32,000 bases of DNA from positions 870,001-902,000 of the forward strand of contig NC_000964.3 of assembly GCF_000009045.1 (NCBI RefSeq). The letters are read 5' to 3'. How positions within the stretch are numbered: the first letter of the stretch is position 1; each line of letters starts with the position of its first letter. This document shows positions 16,775-25,625 of this stretch, piece by piece. The notes under the pieces are model-generated. The model ran no database searches, had not been told where the DNA came from, and saw only the letters and a list, made by a program, of their open reading frames with translations. The position numbers and the translations under genes are program-made. Source of the DNA: Bacillus subtilis subsp. subtilis str. 168 (GTDB taxonomy: Bacteria > Bacillota > Bacilli > Bacillales > Bacillaceae).

Positions 16775-17332
16775 CTAAAGCTTCGGATGATTCTCAAATT
16801 CCTTCAAATACGCACTGCGTTGGATGTCTGTAAACTGTCCGATCCAATTGCTTTTCGCCTCTTCATTCAGATGTGGAAGGATATAGCGTTCAACCGCTTC
16901 GAAAAACAACGGATTCGGAATGATGTTCCAAGTGGGAATGCGAATGGTCTTCTGATCCACGGTTTGGATCAATATATCTTCTTGGAAGATTCCTTTTAGA
17001 CTAAATTTATGGCGGCTCATCTCAATTTTCTTGATATCAGTAAACGTAACAGACACTTTGTCAGTGAACACTTCTCCATTTTTTCCTGTCTTGATGCGGA
17101 AAATGGTATTTCCCCGCGGGGTGAAAGCCGGAAAGAAGATGATAAATAAATATAAACAAAACAAGGTGAACAGAAAGCCAGCAGGAATGGCTAATAGGTA
17201 ATATTTCGTTTGAAACGTAATACCCATATAAAAGAGCCACAAACATGCTAATCCCATACCGGCAGATCCGACAAAAGCCCATATTCTCAGGAACATTTTG
17301 CTTTTGACTTCAATGATTTCTTGGTTTTTCAA
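16775..17332 (-). CDS. yfjD: 2-TM membrane protein, paralogue of YfjE; candidate immunity protein
   Basis: TTG start 7 nt after the SD AAAGGAG. Same architecture as YfjE. The stop is 9 nt upstream of the yfjE start. Confidence 0.8.
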   Translation of the reverse strand: MKNQEIIEVKSKMFLRIWAFVGSAGMGLACLWLFYMGITFQTKYYLLAIPAGFLFTLFCLYLFIIFFPAFTPRGNTIFRIKTGKNGEVFTDKVSVTFTDIKKIEMSRHKFSLKGIFQEDILIQTVDQKTIRIPTWNIIPNPLFFEAVERYILPHLNEEAKSNWIGQFTDIQRSAYLKEFENHPKL

Positions 17333-17363
17333 TGCTTTTCTCCTTTTGTTAATTCAATTCTTA

Positions 17364-18131
17364 TCATTTTGAAATGATTTGATTTACAACATCCTTATGA
17401 GCAGGGAGGATAGAAAATTCATTCTGGGTGATGCCTGTGACAAGCCAAGTATGGTGGGCCCCCGGCAGGACGAATGCCATGTCAGCCACTTCAGGAGTGT
17501 TATCTTTTCCATATGCCAGACGCATAAGTGTATCCATTTTCCCTTTCCGCAAAGCCAGATCATTTGCAAATCGGGTAACGTCCTCTTGGTGGTCATGTTT
17601 TTCAAGGAACTCTTTTAGATATGAAGGGTTGTCTGAAGCGCCCTCCAAGAGTTTTTCAAATTCATTTGATGTCAATGTTACAATCGATTCTCTTTTATCC
17701 TCTGTATCTATTATATGTAAAAACTCATCTGTCTTAGCAAGTAACCCTTCACTTGATTCCATTTTTGTAATGCGATGGACTTGTTCATCAAAAAGGAGTT
17801 CGTGAGAGTAGGTGCCGAATTTTGATACATGGCATGACACATTCTGTTCGGCACCTTGCCCGTTAAATTTAGAAAGCTTCACTGTATAGTCAGCGTCGTT
17901 TAATACATGGATAAACGGACAGTACTCGTCCTTTAACCGATATTGATGGTTCCGATATTCCGCTGCATCCTTGGCTAAGAGTGAGCGGCACGCGGCTTCA
18001 AATAAGGCGCCGAGCTGTTCATCTTCTATTTCCGGAAAATAGGCCTGCTTCAAGGCCATTCCCTGTTCAAAAAACCCTTCGCTGTAAAAGCAAAACAAGA
18101 GTTCTTCTATGCTAATTGTAAACTGCTTCAT
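17364..18131 (-). CDS. yfjC: Cytosolic acidic protein of unknown function (255 aa); candidate chaperone/adaptor or immunity factor for YfjB
   Basis: No TM segment or signal peptide, and rich in Glu and Asp. The SD AGGAGA overlaps the yfjB stop, with an 11-nt intergenic gap. Confidence 0.75.
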   Translation of the reverse strand: MKQFTISIEELLFCFYSEGFFEQGMALKQAYFPEIEDEQLGALFEAACRSLLAKDAAEYRNHQYRLKDEYCPFIHVLNDADYTVKLSKFNGQGAEQNVSCHVSKFGTYSHELLFDEQVHRITKMESSEGLLAKTDEFLHIIDTEDKRESIVTLTSNEFEKLLEGASDNPSYLKEFLEKHDHQEDVTRFANDLALRKGKMDTLMRLAYGKDNTPEVADMAFVLPGAHHTWLVTGITQNEFSILPAHKDVVNQIISK

Positions 18132-18142
18132 TGTTTATTCTC

Positions 18143-19366
18143 CTATCCAAATGAAAATTTCCCTTTAAGGAAATGGGTTGCGCCGTGTATAAGCGAATCC
18201 GCTGTTTTCTTTGCTTTTTCCATTCCTTTTTTCGCGCTGTCTATCCCTTTATGTATCGATTTATTCGCCGCATCTATGCCGTCATTCACTGATTTGACGA
18301 CTTTGCCGGCTGATTCCAGCCCTTTTTTGGCTGTATCAACAACAGCATGGATCGGTTCTTTCAGCTTTAAGGCTGCTTTTTCAGCAAAACCGGCTGTATA
18401 TTTGGCGATTTGTTCTCCGACGACTCCGCCAATGTATGAACCTGCTGCCCCAAGAAGGACAGTACCCACAGGTCCTGCAAAGCTTCCGATTGCACCGCCG
18501 ATGACAGCACCAGCTGTGGCACCGCCGGCAACAAAAATCGTATTATTCACAGCATTCCCGACGGCCTTGGCGTTTTCACGCTTGAGAACTTCCGGTTTAT
18601 CCTGGTATTTTGCATAATTTTCAGCAATTTTCACGCCTGCTCCGAATGTTTCGGTCGCTCCGGTAATCAGTGTGGCGGTAATGGCATTTCCTTTCGCGAA
18701 TCTCAAGCCCGTTTTTCCCACATCCTTCAAAGTGGAGCGTACGCCGGCTTCATTAAGAAATCCTTTTGTGTAGCTTCTGACGCTGTTTGAAAAATCCACC
18801 GTGTCCTGAGGAAAGTATTTTGTAAACTTTTTATGTACCAAATCTGAAAATGGACGGTTTGTCTTTTTCAACAAATATTTAGGATTCAAAAGCACTCTTG
18901 CCGCTTTTTGATAACGTGAGCTGTCAACGGCCCTGGAAATATCCAAGAGCAGTTTTGAGTGCTGGGCTGTATGCAAGCCGCTTGGTTGTTTCACAAATTT
19001 CGTAAGCCCTAATCCGTAATATTTTCCCTGCGTCAGCATAAGAGCGGTTAAGCTTGTCATCGTACCGTATTTGTCGTAGGCATTGTAGAGCTTTCGCAAA
19101 ATATCATCTTGTTCCACAAATTTATCGCCTGTTTTTCTGATGAAAATCTCATTGTCACTCAGCTTAGTGACGAGCGCCTTTCCTGAGCTCCACGCATCGC
19201 CCACTCCAGAAAAACAGCTGCTGTAGCGGGGATCGCATTGCAAAATCATCTGCCCCAGCTCCACATGCAGGTCCTTATATTTGTTTTCCATATCAGTTAA
19301 TTCAGTGACTACATCATTTGCAAGCTGTTCGAGCTTATCCGGATCAACTGCAATGTTTCCTGACAC
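18143..19366 (-). CDS. yfjB: Putative T7SS-secreted toxin: WXG/LXG-like helical N-terminus, glycine-zipper and Lys-rich repeat C-terminus
   Basis: The N-terminal ~100 aa are helical with the turn motif VGDAWSSG. Residues ~271-320 form a glycine zipper (GAVIGGAIGSFAGPVG...GAAGSYIGGVVG). The C-terminal 80 aa are amphipathic and Lys-rich with a repeated (V/I)DxA(K/N)K motif. The start is ambiguous: the ORF-track GTG at 19375 overlaps the SD GGGAGG, while GTG at 19366 has 8-nt spacing and is preferred. Confidence 0.8.
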   Translation of the reverse strand: MSGNIAVDPDKLEQLANDVVTELTDMENKYKDLHVELGQMILQCDPRYSSCFSGVGDAWSSGKALVTKLSDNEIFIRKTGDKFVEQDDILRKLYNAYDKYGTMTSLTALMLTQGKYYGLGLTKFVKQPSGLHTAQHSKLLLDISRAVDSSRYQKAARVLLNPKYLLKKTNRPFSDLVHKKFTKYFPQDTVDFSNSVRSYTKGFLNEAGVRSTLKDVGKTGLRFAKGNAITATLITGATETFGAGVKIAENYAKYQDKPEVLKRENAKAVGNAVNNTIFVAGGATAGAVIGGAIGSFAGPVGTVLLGAAGSYIGGVVGEQIAKYTAGFAEKAALKLKEPIHAVVDTAKKGLESAGKVVKSVNDGIDAANKSIHKGIDSAKKGMEKAKKTADSLIHGATHFLKGKFSFG

Positions 19367-19371
19367 ACCGT

Positions 19372-19686
19372 TCACCTCCCGAGTTTATGTCTTTCCTCTC
19401 TTGCTTTACGCTCCAGTTCTTCCATTCTGGCAATTTCAGCTTTTCGTTCTTCTATTTTGACAGCGGCAGCCTTCAGCTCTTGGCTTGTTTCAAGCAGCTC
19501 CTGTTCGAATTGATCGTAGGCGGCTTTCGTTTCCTCGAAATCCTGGTCAAACGAATCTCTTGCTTTGCCCTGCCAAGCATCTCCCAATGCAGATAACCGG
19601 GATTCAAGCAGCATTTTGGAGCTTCTGACCTCTTCTGCGGCCGCACTATACTTGTTTGCCAGCTCAATGACTTTATATGAGTCCAA
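19372..19686 (-). CDS. yfjA: WXG100-family (ESAT-6-like) small helical protein, 104 aa
   Basis: W-x-G motif (DAWQG) at residues 38-40 of a ~100-aa all-helical protein with a coiled-coil charged C-terminus. TTG start at 19686 lies 6 nt after the SD AGGGGA. The ORF-track extension to 19791 encodes an implausible leader and overlaps the promoter region. Confidence 0.8.
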   Translation of the reverse strand: MDSYKVIELANKYSAAAEEVRSSKMLLESRLSALGDAWQGKARDSFDQDFEETKAAYDQFEQELLETSQELKAAAVKIEERKAEIARMEELERKAREERHKLGR

Positions 19687-19741
19687 CTTTTGTCCCCTGC
19701 CTTTTCTAAATTCACGCACAATTGGATGTTTTATATAAATG

Positions 19742-19770
19742 ATTATAAATAATTCGGCATGTATCCGAAT
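19742..19770 (-). promoter_or_regulatory. Candidate yfj operon promoter -10 (TATAAT) with an adjacent perfect inverted repeat
   Basis: Minus-strand TATAAT (plus strand 19742-19747). The inverted repeat ATTCGG-N7-CCGAAT (19752-19770) occupies the -35 region, where no good TTGACA is present. Confidence 0.4.
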
Positions 19771-19940
19771 CGTACAAAAGAACCTTTTCATAAGAATTGG
19801 AAGGGCGTATATTCACTTAAAATTCACAGTTGGTGAGACTTTAAGATTACAAAAAAGGTAAAAAAACCAAATCTCTCAGACATAAGGCAAATGAGAAATT
19901 TCCCGCTCTATGGGAAAAAACACTAAAGTTGATCAAATGA

Positions 19941-21371
<1,431 letters not shown>

Positions 21372-21435
21372 ATGAAATTCCCCCATTTTCGAATCTGTAA
21401 TTGTATATAATAGAAAGAAAATGGGGGGATCTGAT

Positions 21436-22200
21436 ATGCAGCTCGAAGAACTGATCAATCAGCACTACAGCAAATTGAATGACAACGATTTTCATATTTT
21501 AAAATATATATTGAATCATAAGCACACATGCTATCACCTTGGAATCGACGCGCTGGCCAAAGCTTGCAGTGTATCGCGTTCCTCAATTTTACGGCTTGCC
21601 CAAAAGCTCGGTTTCAGCGGTTACAGTGAATTTCGCGTCTTTTTAAAGTGGGAAGATCAGCCGGAAGAAGGCGAGAGTATGAGTTTTGAAAAGCTGCTTG
21701 ATGATATTGAAGCAAATTTGAAGTTTTTACGGACAAAGGACATGACGGACATGTGCCAGCTGATTGATGCAGCTGACCGCATTTTCGTCTACGGTTCTGG
21801 AAATGCGCAAAAGATATGCGCCCGCGACCTGCAAAGAATGTTTATTCCGCGCCATCGCTATCTTATTTTGATTGAAGACACAAATGAATTTAATTTGATG
21901 CGCGATGATTTTAAAGTGAACGATCTGTTTATCATCATTTCTCTTTCCGGAGAAACACCGGAGCTGATTCCTCAGGCAAGAATGCTTTCTGCAAAGGGTA
22001 TTCCCTTTATTTCCATTACGAATTTAAAAAACAATGTCCTCGCCCAGCTGACTCCGCATAATCTTTATGCGACAAGCAAACCTGTGACATTAAGCGATAG
22101 AACGGAAATTGTCGCTTTTGCACCGTTTTTTCTCGTTGGCGAAGCATTGTTCCGCGCATATGTTGATTACAAAGAGGCAGAAAAAAATGACAATGAGTAG
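21436..22200 (+). CDS. glvR: RpiR-family transcriptional regulator (HTH_6 + SIS domain) of the glv operon
   Basis: N-terminal HTH (IDALAKACSVSRSSILRLAQKLGFSGY) and a C-terminal SIS domain (VYGSGNAQ). The ATG at 21436 follows the G-rich SD; the ORF-track start at 21421 lies inside that SD. Confidence 0.85.
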   Translation: MQLEELINQHYSKLNDNDFHILKYILNHKHTCYHLGIDALAKACSVSRSSILRLAQKLGFSGYSEFRVFLKWEDQPEEGESMSFEKLLDDIEANLKFLRTKDMTDMCQLIDAADRIFVYGSGNAQKICARDLQRMFIPRHRYLILIEDTNEFNLMRDDFKVNDLFIIISLSGETPELIPQARMLSAKGIPFISITNLKNNVLAQLTPHNLYATSKPVTLSDRTEIVAFAPFFLVGEALFRAYVDYKEAEKNDNE

Positions 22201-22214
22201 CAGGGGGTTCTGGT

Positions 22215-23798
22215 ATGATGCAAAAAATTCAGCGCTTTGGAAGCGCGATGTTTGTGCCTGTTTTATTATTCGCGTTCGCCGGCATTATCGTCGGTATCAG
22301 CACGCTCTTTAAAAATAAAACCCTCATGGGACCGCTCGCCGATCCTGACGGTTTTTGGTATCAGTGCTGGTATATCATTGAGCAGGGCGGCTGGACTGTT
22401 TTTAACCAAATGCCGCTCTTATTCGCCATTGGCATCCCGGTTGCTTTGGCGAAGAAAGCTCAGGCACGCGCCTGTTTGGAAGCGCTTACTGTCTACCTGA
22501 CATTCAACTATTTTGTCAGCGCGATATTGACGGTATGGGGAGGAGCATTTGGCGTCGACATGAATCAAGAGGTCGGCGGAACGAGCGGGTTAACGATGAT
22601 TGCGGGCATAAAAACGCTCGATACCAACATCATCGGAGCCATCTTTATTTCTTCGATTGTCGTCTTTTTGCATAATCGCTATTTTGATAAAAAACTGCCC
22701 GATTTTCTCGGCATCTTTCAAGGCTCAACATATATCGTGATGATTTCCTTCTTTATTATGATCCCAATTGCGTTGGCTGTGTCTTATATTTGGCCGATGG
22801 TTCAATCGGGAATCGGCTCGCTTCAAAGCTTCCTGGTTGCTTCTGGGGCGGTGGGCGTTTGGATATACACGTTTTTGGAACGGATTTTAATTCCGACCGG
22901 CCTTCATCACTTTATTTACACGCCGTTTATTTATGGCCCGGCTGTAGCGGAAGGCGGGATCGTCACGTATTGGGCACAGCATCTCGGCGAATATTCGCAA
23001 AGCGCCAAACCGCTGAAGGAGCTCTTTCCGCAAGGCGGATTCGCGCTTCACGGCAACTCGAAAATCTTCGGTATTCCGGGTATCGCCCTGGCTTTTTATG
23101 TGACAGCCAAAAAGGAAAAGAAAAAACTCGTCGCAGGGCTGCTGATTCCTGTCACACTGACAGCGATTGTCGCCGGTATTACAGAGCCGATTGAGTTTAC
23201 GTTCTTATTCATTTCACCTTTCTTATTTGCGGTTCACGCCGTGCTTGCCGCCACAATGTCGACAGTTATGTATATGGCCGGCGTCGTCGGAAATATGGGA
23301 GGCGGACTGATTGAGGCGGTAACCTTGAACTGGATTCCGCTCTTTGGCAGCCACGGTATGACATATGTGTATCAAATTTTGATCGGGCTCTCGTTTACAG
23401 CAATTTATTTTTTCGTCTTCAGATTTTTAATCCTCAAATTCAATATCGCTACACCAGGACGGGAAAAGGATGAACAGCAGGAAACAAAGCTATATTCGAA
23501 AAAGGAATACAGAGAACGAAAAAACAAGGATGAAACGGCCTCCGCTGCTGAAACGGCTGATGACACCGCTTTTCTGTATATTGAAGCGCTGGGCGGAAAA
23601 GACAACATCACTGAAGTCACAAACTGCGCCACCCGCCTCAGAGTCAGTGTCAAGGATGAAACAAAGGTTGAACCCGACAGCGTATTCCGCGCGCTTGGCG
23701 CACACGGCGTTGTCAGGAACGGGAAGGCGTTTCAGGTAATTATCGGATTAAGCGTGCCGCAGATGCGGGAGCGTGTGGAAAAAATATTGAATCAATAA
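22215..23798 (+). CDS. glvC: PTS maltose/alpha-glucoside-specific EIICB component
   Basis: A ~440-aa polytopic EIIC domain followed by an EIIB domain with the phospho-Cys motif NCATRLRV. Also called malP. Confidence 0.9.
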   Translation: MMQKIQRFGSAMFVPVLLFAFAGIIVGISTLFKNKTLMGPLADPDGFWYQCWYIIEQGGWTVFNQMPLLFAIGIPVALAKKAQARACLEALTVYLTFNYFVSAILTVWGGAFGVDMNQEVGGTSGLTMIAGIKTLDTNIIGAIFISSIVVFLHNRYFDKKLPDFLGIFQGSTYIVMISFFIMIPIALAVSYIWPMVQSGIGSLQSFLVASGAVGVWIYTFLERILIPTGLHHFIYTPFIYGPAVAEGGIVTYWAQHLGEYSQSAKPLKELFPQGGFALHGNSKIFGIPGIALAFYVTAKKEKKKLVAGLLIPVTLTAIVAGITEPIEFTFLFISPFLFAVHAVLAATMSTVMYMAGVVGNMGGGLIEAVTLNWIPLFGSHGMTYVYQILIGLSFTAIYFFVFRFLILKFNIATPGREKDEQQETKLYSKKEYRERKNKDETASAAETADDTAFLYIEALGGKDNITEVTNCATRLRVSVKDETKVEPDSVFRALGAHGVVRNGKAFQVIIGLSVPQMRERVEKILNQ

Positions 23799-23804
23799 AG
23801 ACTG

Positions 23805-23830
23805 CCCTCCTTTTCGGGAGGGTTTTCGTT
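23805..23830 (+). terminator. Rho-independent terminator after glvC
   Basis: Stem ccctcc / gggaggg with loop ttttc, followed by ttttcgttt. Confidence 0.75.
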
Positions 23831-23903
23831 TGCCGTCAAAAAGACCGCCATAGTAAAGTAAAGAAAGAGACAATCGAGTAAAAAGGGGTTTGGAGGCTTT
23901 TAC

Positions 23904-25625
23904 ATGCAAAAGGCTTTGTCGTTTTTAAAACCATATTCATTGCTGGCGGGAATTGCTCTGATTCTTATGCTGACGGAGCTTGCAGTTGAACTGATGCAGC
24001 CTTTATTGATTGCAAAAATCATCGACGATGGGATATTGAAGCAAGATCTGCGGCATGTATGGATATGGGGCACGGTCATGATCGGGCTGACCGTGTTATC
24101 CTTTGCGGCGGGGATGCTGAATTCCTTTTATGCCGCCCATGTCAGCCAAAGCTTTTCCTATGATACGAGAAAAGGGCTTTTTCAAAAAATCCAGTCCTTC
24201 TCCTATTCCACATTTGGACAGTTTTCGTCCTCTTCTTATATTACAAGGCTGACAAACGACGTCACACAGGTTCAAAATATGATTTTTATGAGTTTGCGGT
24301 TTATGCTGCGGGCTCCCTTAATGATTGCAGGCGGCATTGTGCTGTCGCTTGCCGTTAATGTGAAACTCGGGTTTTTTCTGCTTGTGACCATTCCGATCCT
24401 GATCTTGTTTTTGCTATGGGTATTAAGGAAAGGCGGGGCACTGTTCCGCTCAGTGCAGAAAAGGCTGGATCAAGTGAACACCATCATGCAGGAAAATTTA
24501 ATTGCAATCAAGCTGATCAAAGCGCTGCTTCGCGGCAGCCACGAAGTCAAACGATTTATCAAAGCCAACACAAGGCTGATGGAAAAAACGGTTTCGGCCT
24601 TTCAGCTTGTGGAATTCACGATGCCTGTACTGATGCTGCTGATGAATCTCTGCATCCTTTTGATTTTGTGGGCGGGGTCCTACAGTATTACGAGCGGAAG
24701 CACTCAGGTTGGCGATGTTGTTGCGATAATTAACTACGCAACACGAATTACAGGCGCGCTTTCGATGTTTCCGTTTTTGATTATGATTTTCACCCGGGCG
24801 AAGGCTTCAGGGGATAGAATCGGTGAGGTGCTTGAAACAGAAGGCGACGAGCGGGAGGAAGGCACCATATCTGATCGTTTGTCAGGACGGATTGAGTTTC
24901 AGCATGTATCCTTTCGCTATCCTGAAATGGACAGAGAAGCGCTCAGGAATGTCTCATTTTCCGCAAAGCCAAGAGAAACGATCGCGATTCTCGGTGCGAC
25001 GGGCTCGGGCAAGTCCACGCTTTTTCAGCTCATTCCGCGGCTTTATCAGCCGGATTCAGGCCGCATTTACATAGATGAAAAGCCGGTTCAAGATATTCCG
25101 GCTGAAGGGCTGCGCAGGCAAATTGGATATGTACCGCAGGAAGTCCTCTTGTTTTCCGGCACAATCAAAGAAAACATCGCTTGGGGCAAAGAAAATGCTT
25201 CACTAGATGAAATAATGGATGCGGCAAAACTTGCGCAAATTCATGAAACGATTTTAAAGCTCCCAAATGGATATGACACTGTTTTGGGGCAAAGAGGCGT
25301 CAACCTGTCCGGCGGCCAAAAGCAGCGGATTTCCATTGCGCGGGCGCTGATTCGAAAACCGGCTATCCTTCTATTAGATGACAGCACAAGCGCGCTTGAT
25401 CTGCAAACGGAGGCGAAGCTGCTTGAAGCAATCAGCACATACCATTGCACAACTTTGATCATTACACAAAAAATAACCACGGCGATGAAAGCTGATCAGA
25501 TTTTGCTGCTTGAGGACGGCGAACTGATTGAAAAAGGCACTCACAGTGAGCTGCTTTCTGAATCTCAGTTATACAAGCGCATTTACGAGTCACAATTCGG
25601 AAGGGAGGGGAGCGAGTCATGCTAA
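23904..25625 (+). CDS. yfiB: ABC exporter half-transporter (TMD-NBD) carrying a degenerate Walker B and H-loop
   Basis: Six-TM exporter domain, Walker A GATGSGKST and canonical signature LSGGQ. Walker B is ILLLDDS (Asp replaces the catalytic Glu) and the H-loop is IITQK (Gln replaces His). Confidence 0.88.
   Translation: MQKALSFLKPYSLLAGIALILMLTELAVELMQPLLIAKIIDDGILKQDLRHVWIWGTVMIGLTVLSFAAGMLNSFYAAHVSQSFSYDTRKGLFQKIQSFSYSTFGQFSSSSYITRLTNDVTQVQNMIFMSLRFMLRAPLMIAGGIVLSLAVNVKLGFFLLVTIPILILFLLWVLRKGGALFRSVQKRLDQVNTIMQENLIAIKLIKALLRGSHEVKRFIKANTRLMEKTVSAFQLVEFTMPVLMLLMNLCILLILWAGSYSITSGSTQVGDVVAIINYATRITGALSMFPFLIMIFTRAKASGDRIGEVLETEGDEREEGTISDRLSGRIEFQHVSFRYPEMDREALRNVSFSAKPRETIAILGATGSGKSTLFQLIPRLYQPDSGRIYIDEKPVQDIPAEGLRRQIGYVPQEVLLFSGTIKENIAWGKENASLDEIMDAAKLAQIHETILKLPNGYDTVLGQRGVNLSGGQKQRISIARALIRKPAILLLDDSTSALDLQTEAKLLEAISTYHCTTLIITQKITTAMKADQILLLEDGELIEKGTHSELLSESQLYKRIYESQFGREGSESC

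Noticed and set aside
19687-19791. The N-terminal 35-codon extension of yfjA in the ORF track (MKRFFCTIRIHAELFIIIYIKHPIVREFRKGRGQK).
   Set aside because: It runs through the AT-rich promoter region, including the TATAAT box. It has no SD, whereas TTG 19686 has AGGGGA at 6-nt spacing and yields a canonical ~100-aa WXG100 protein.
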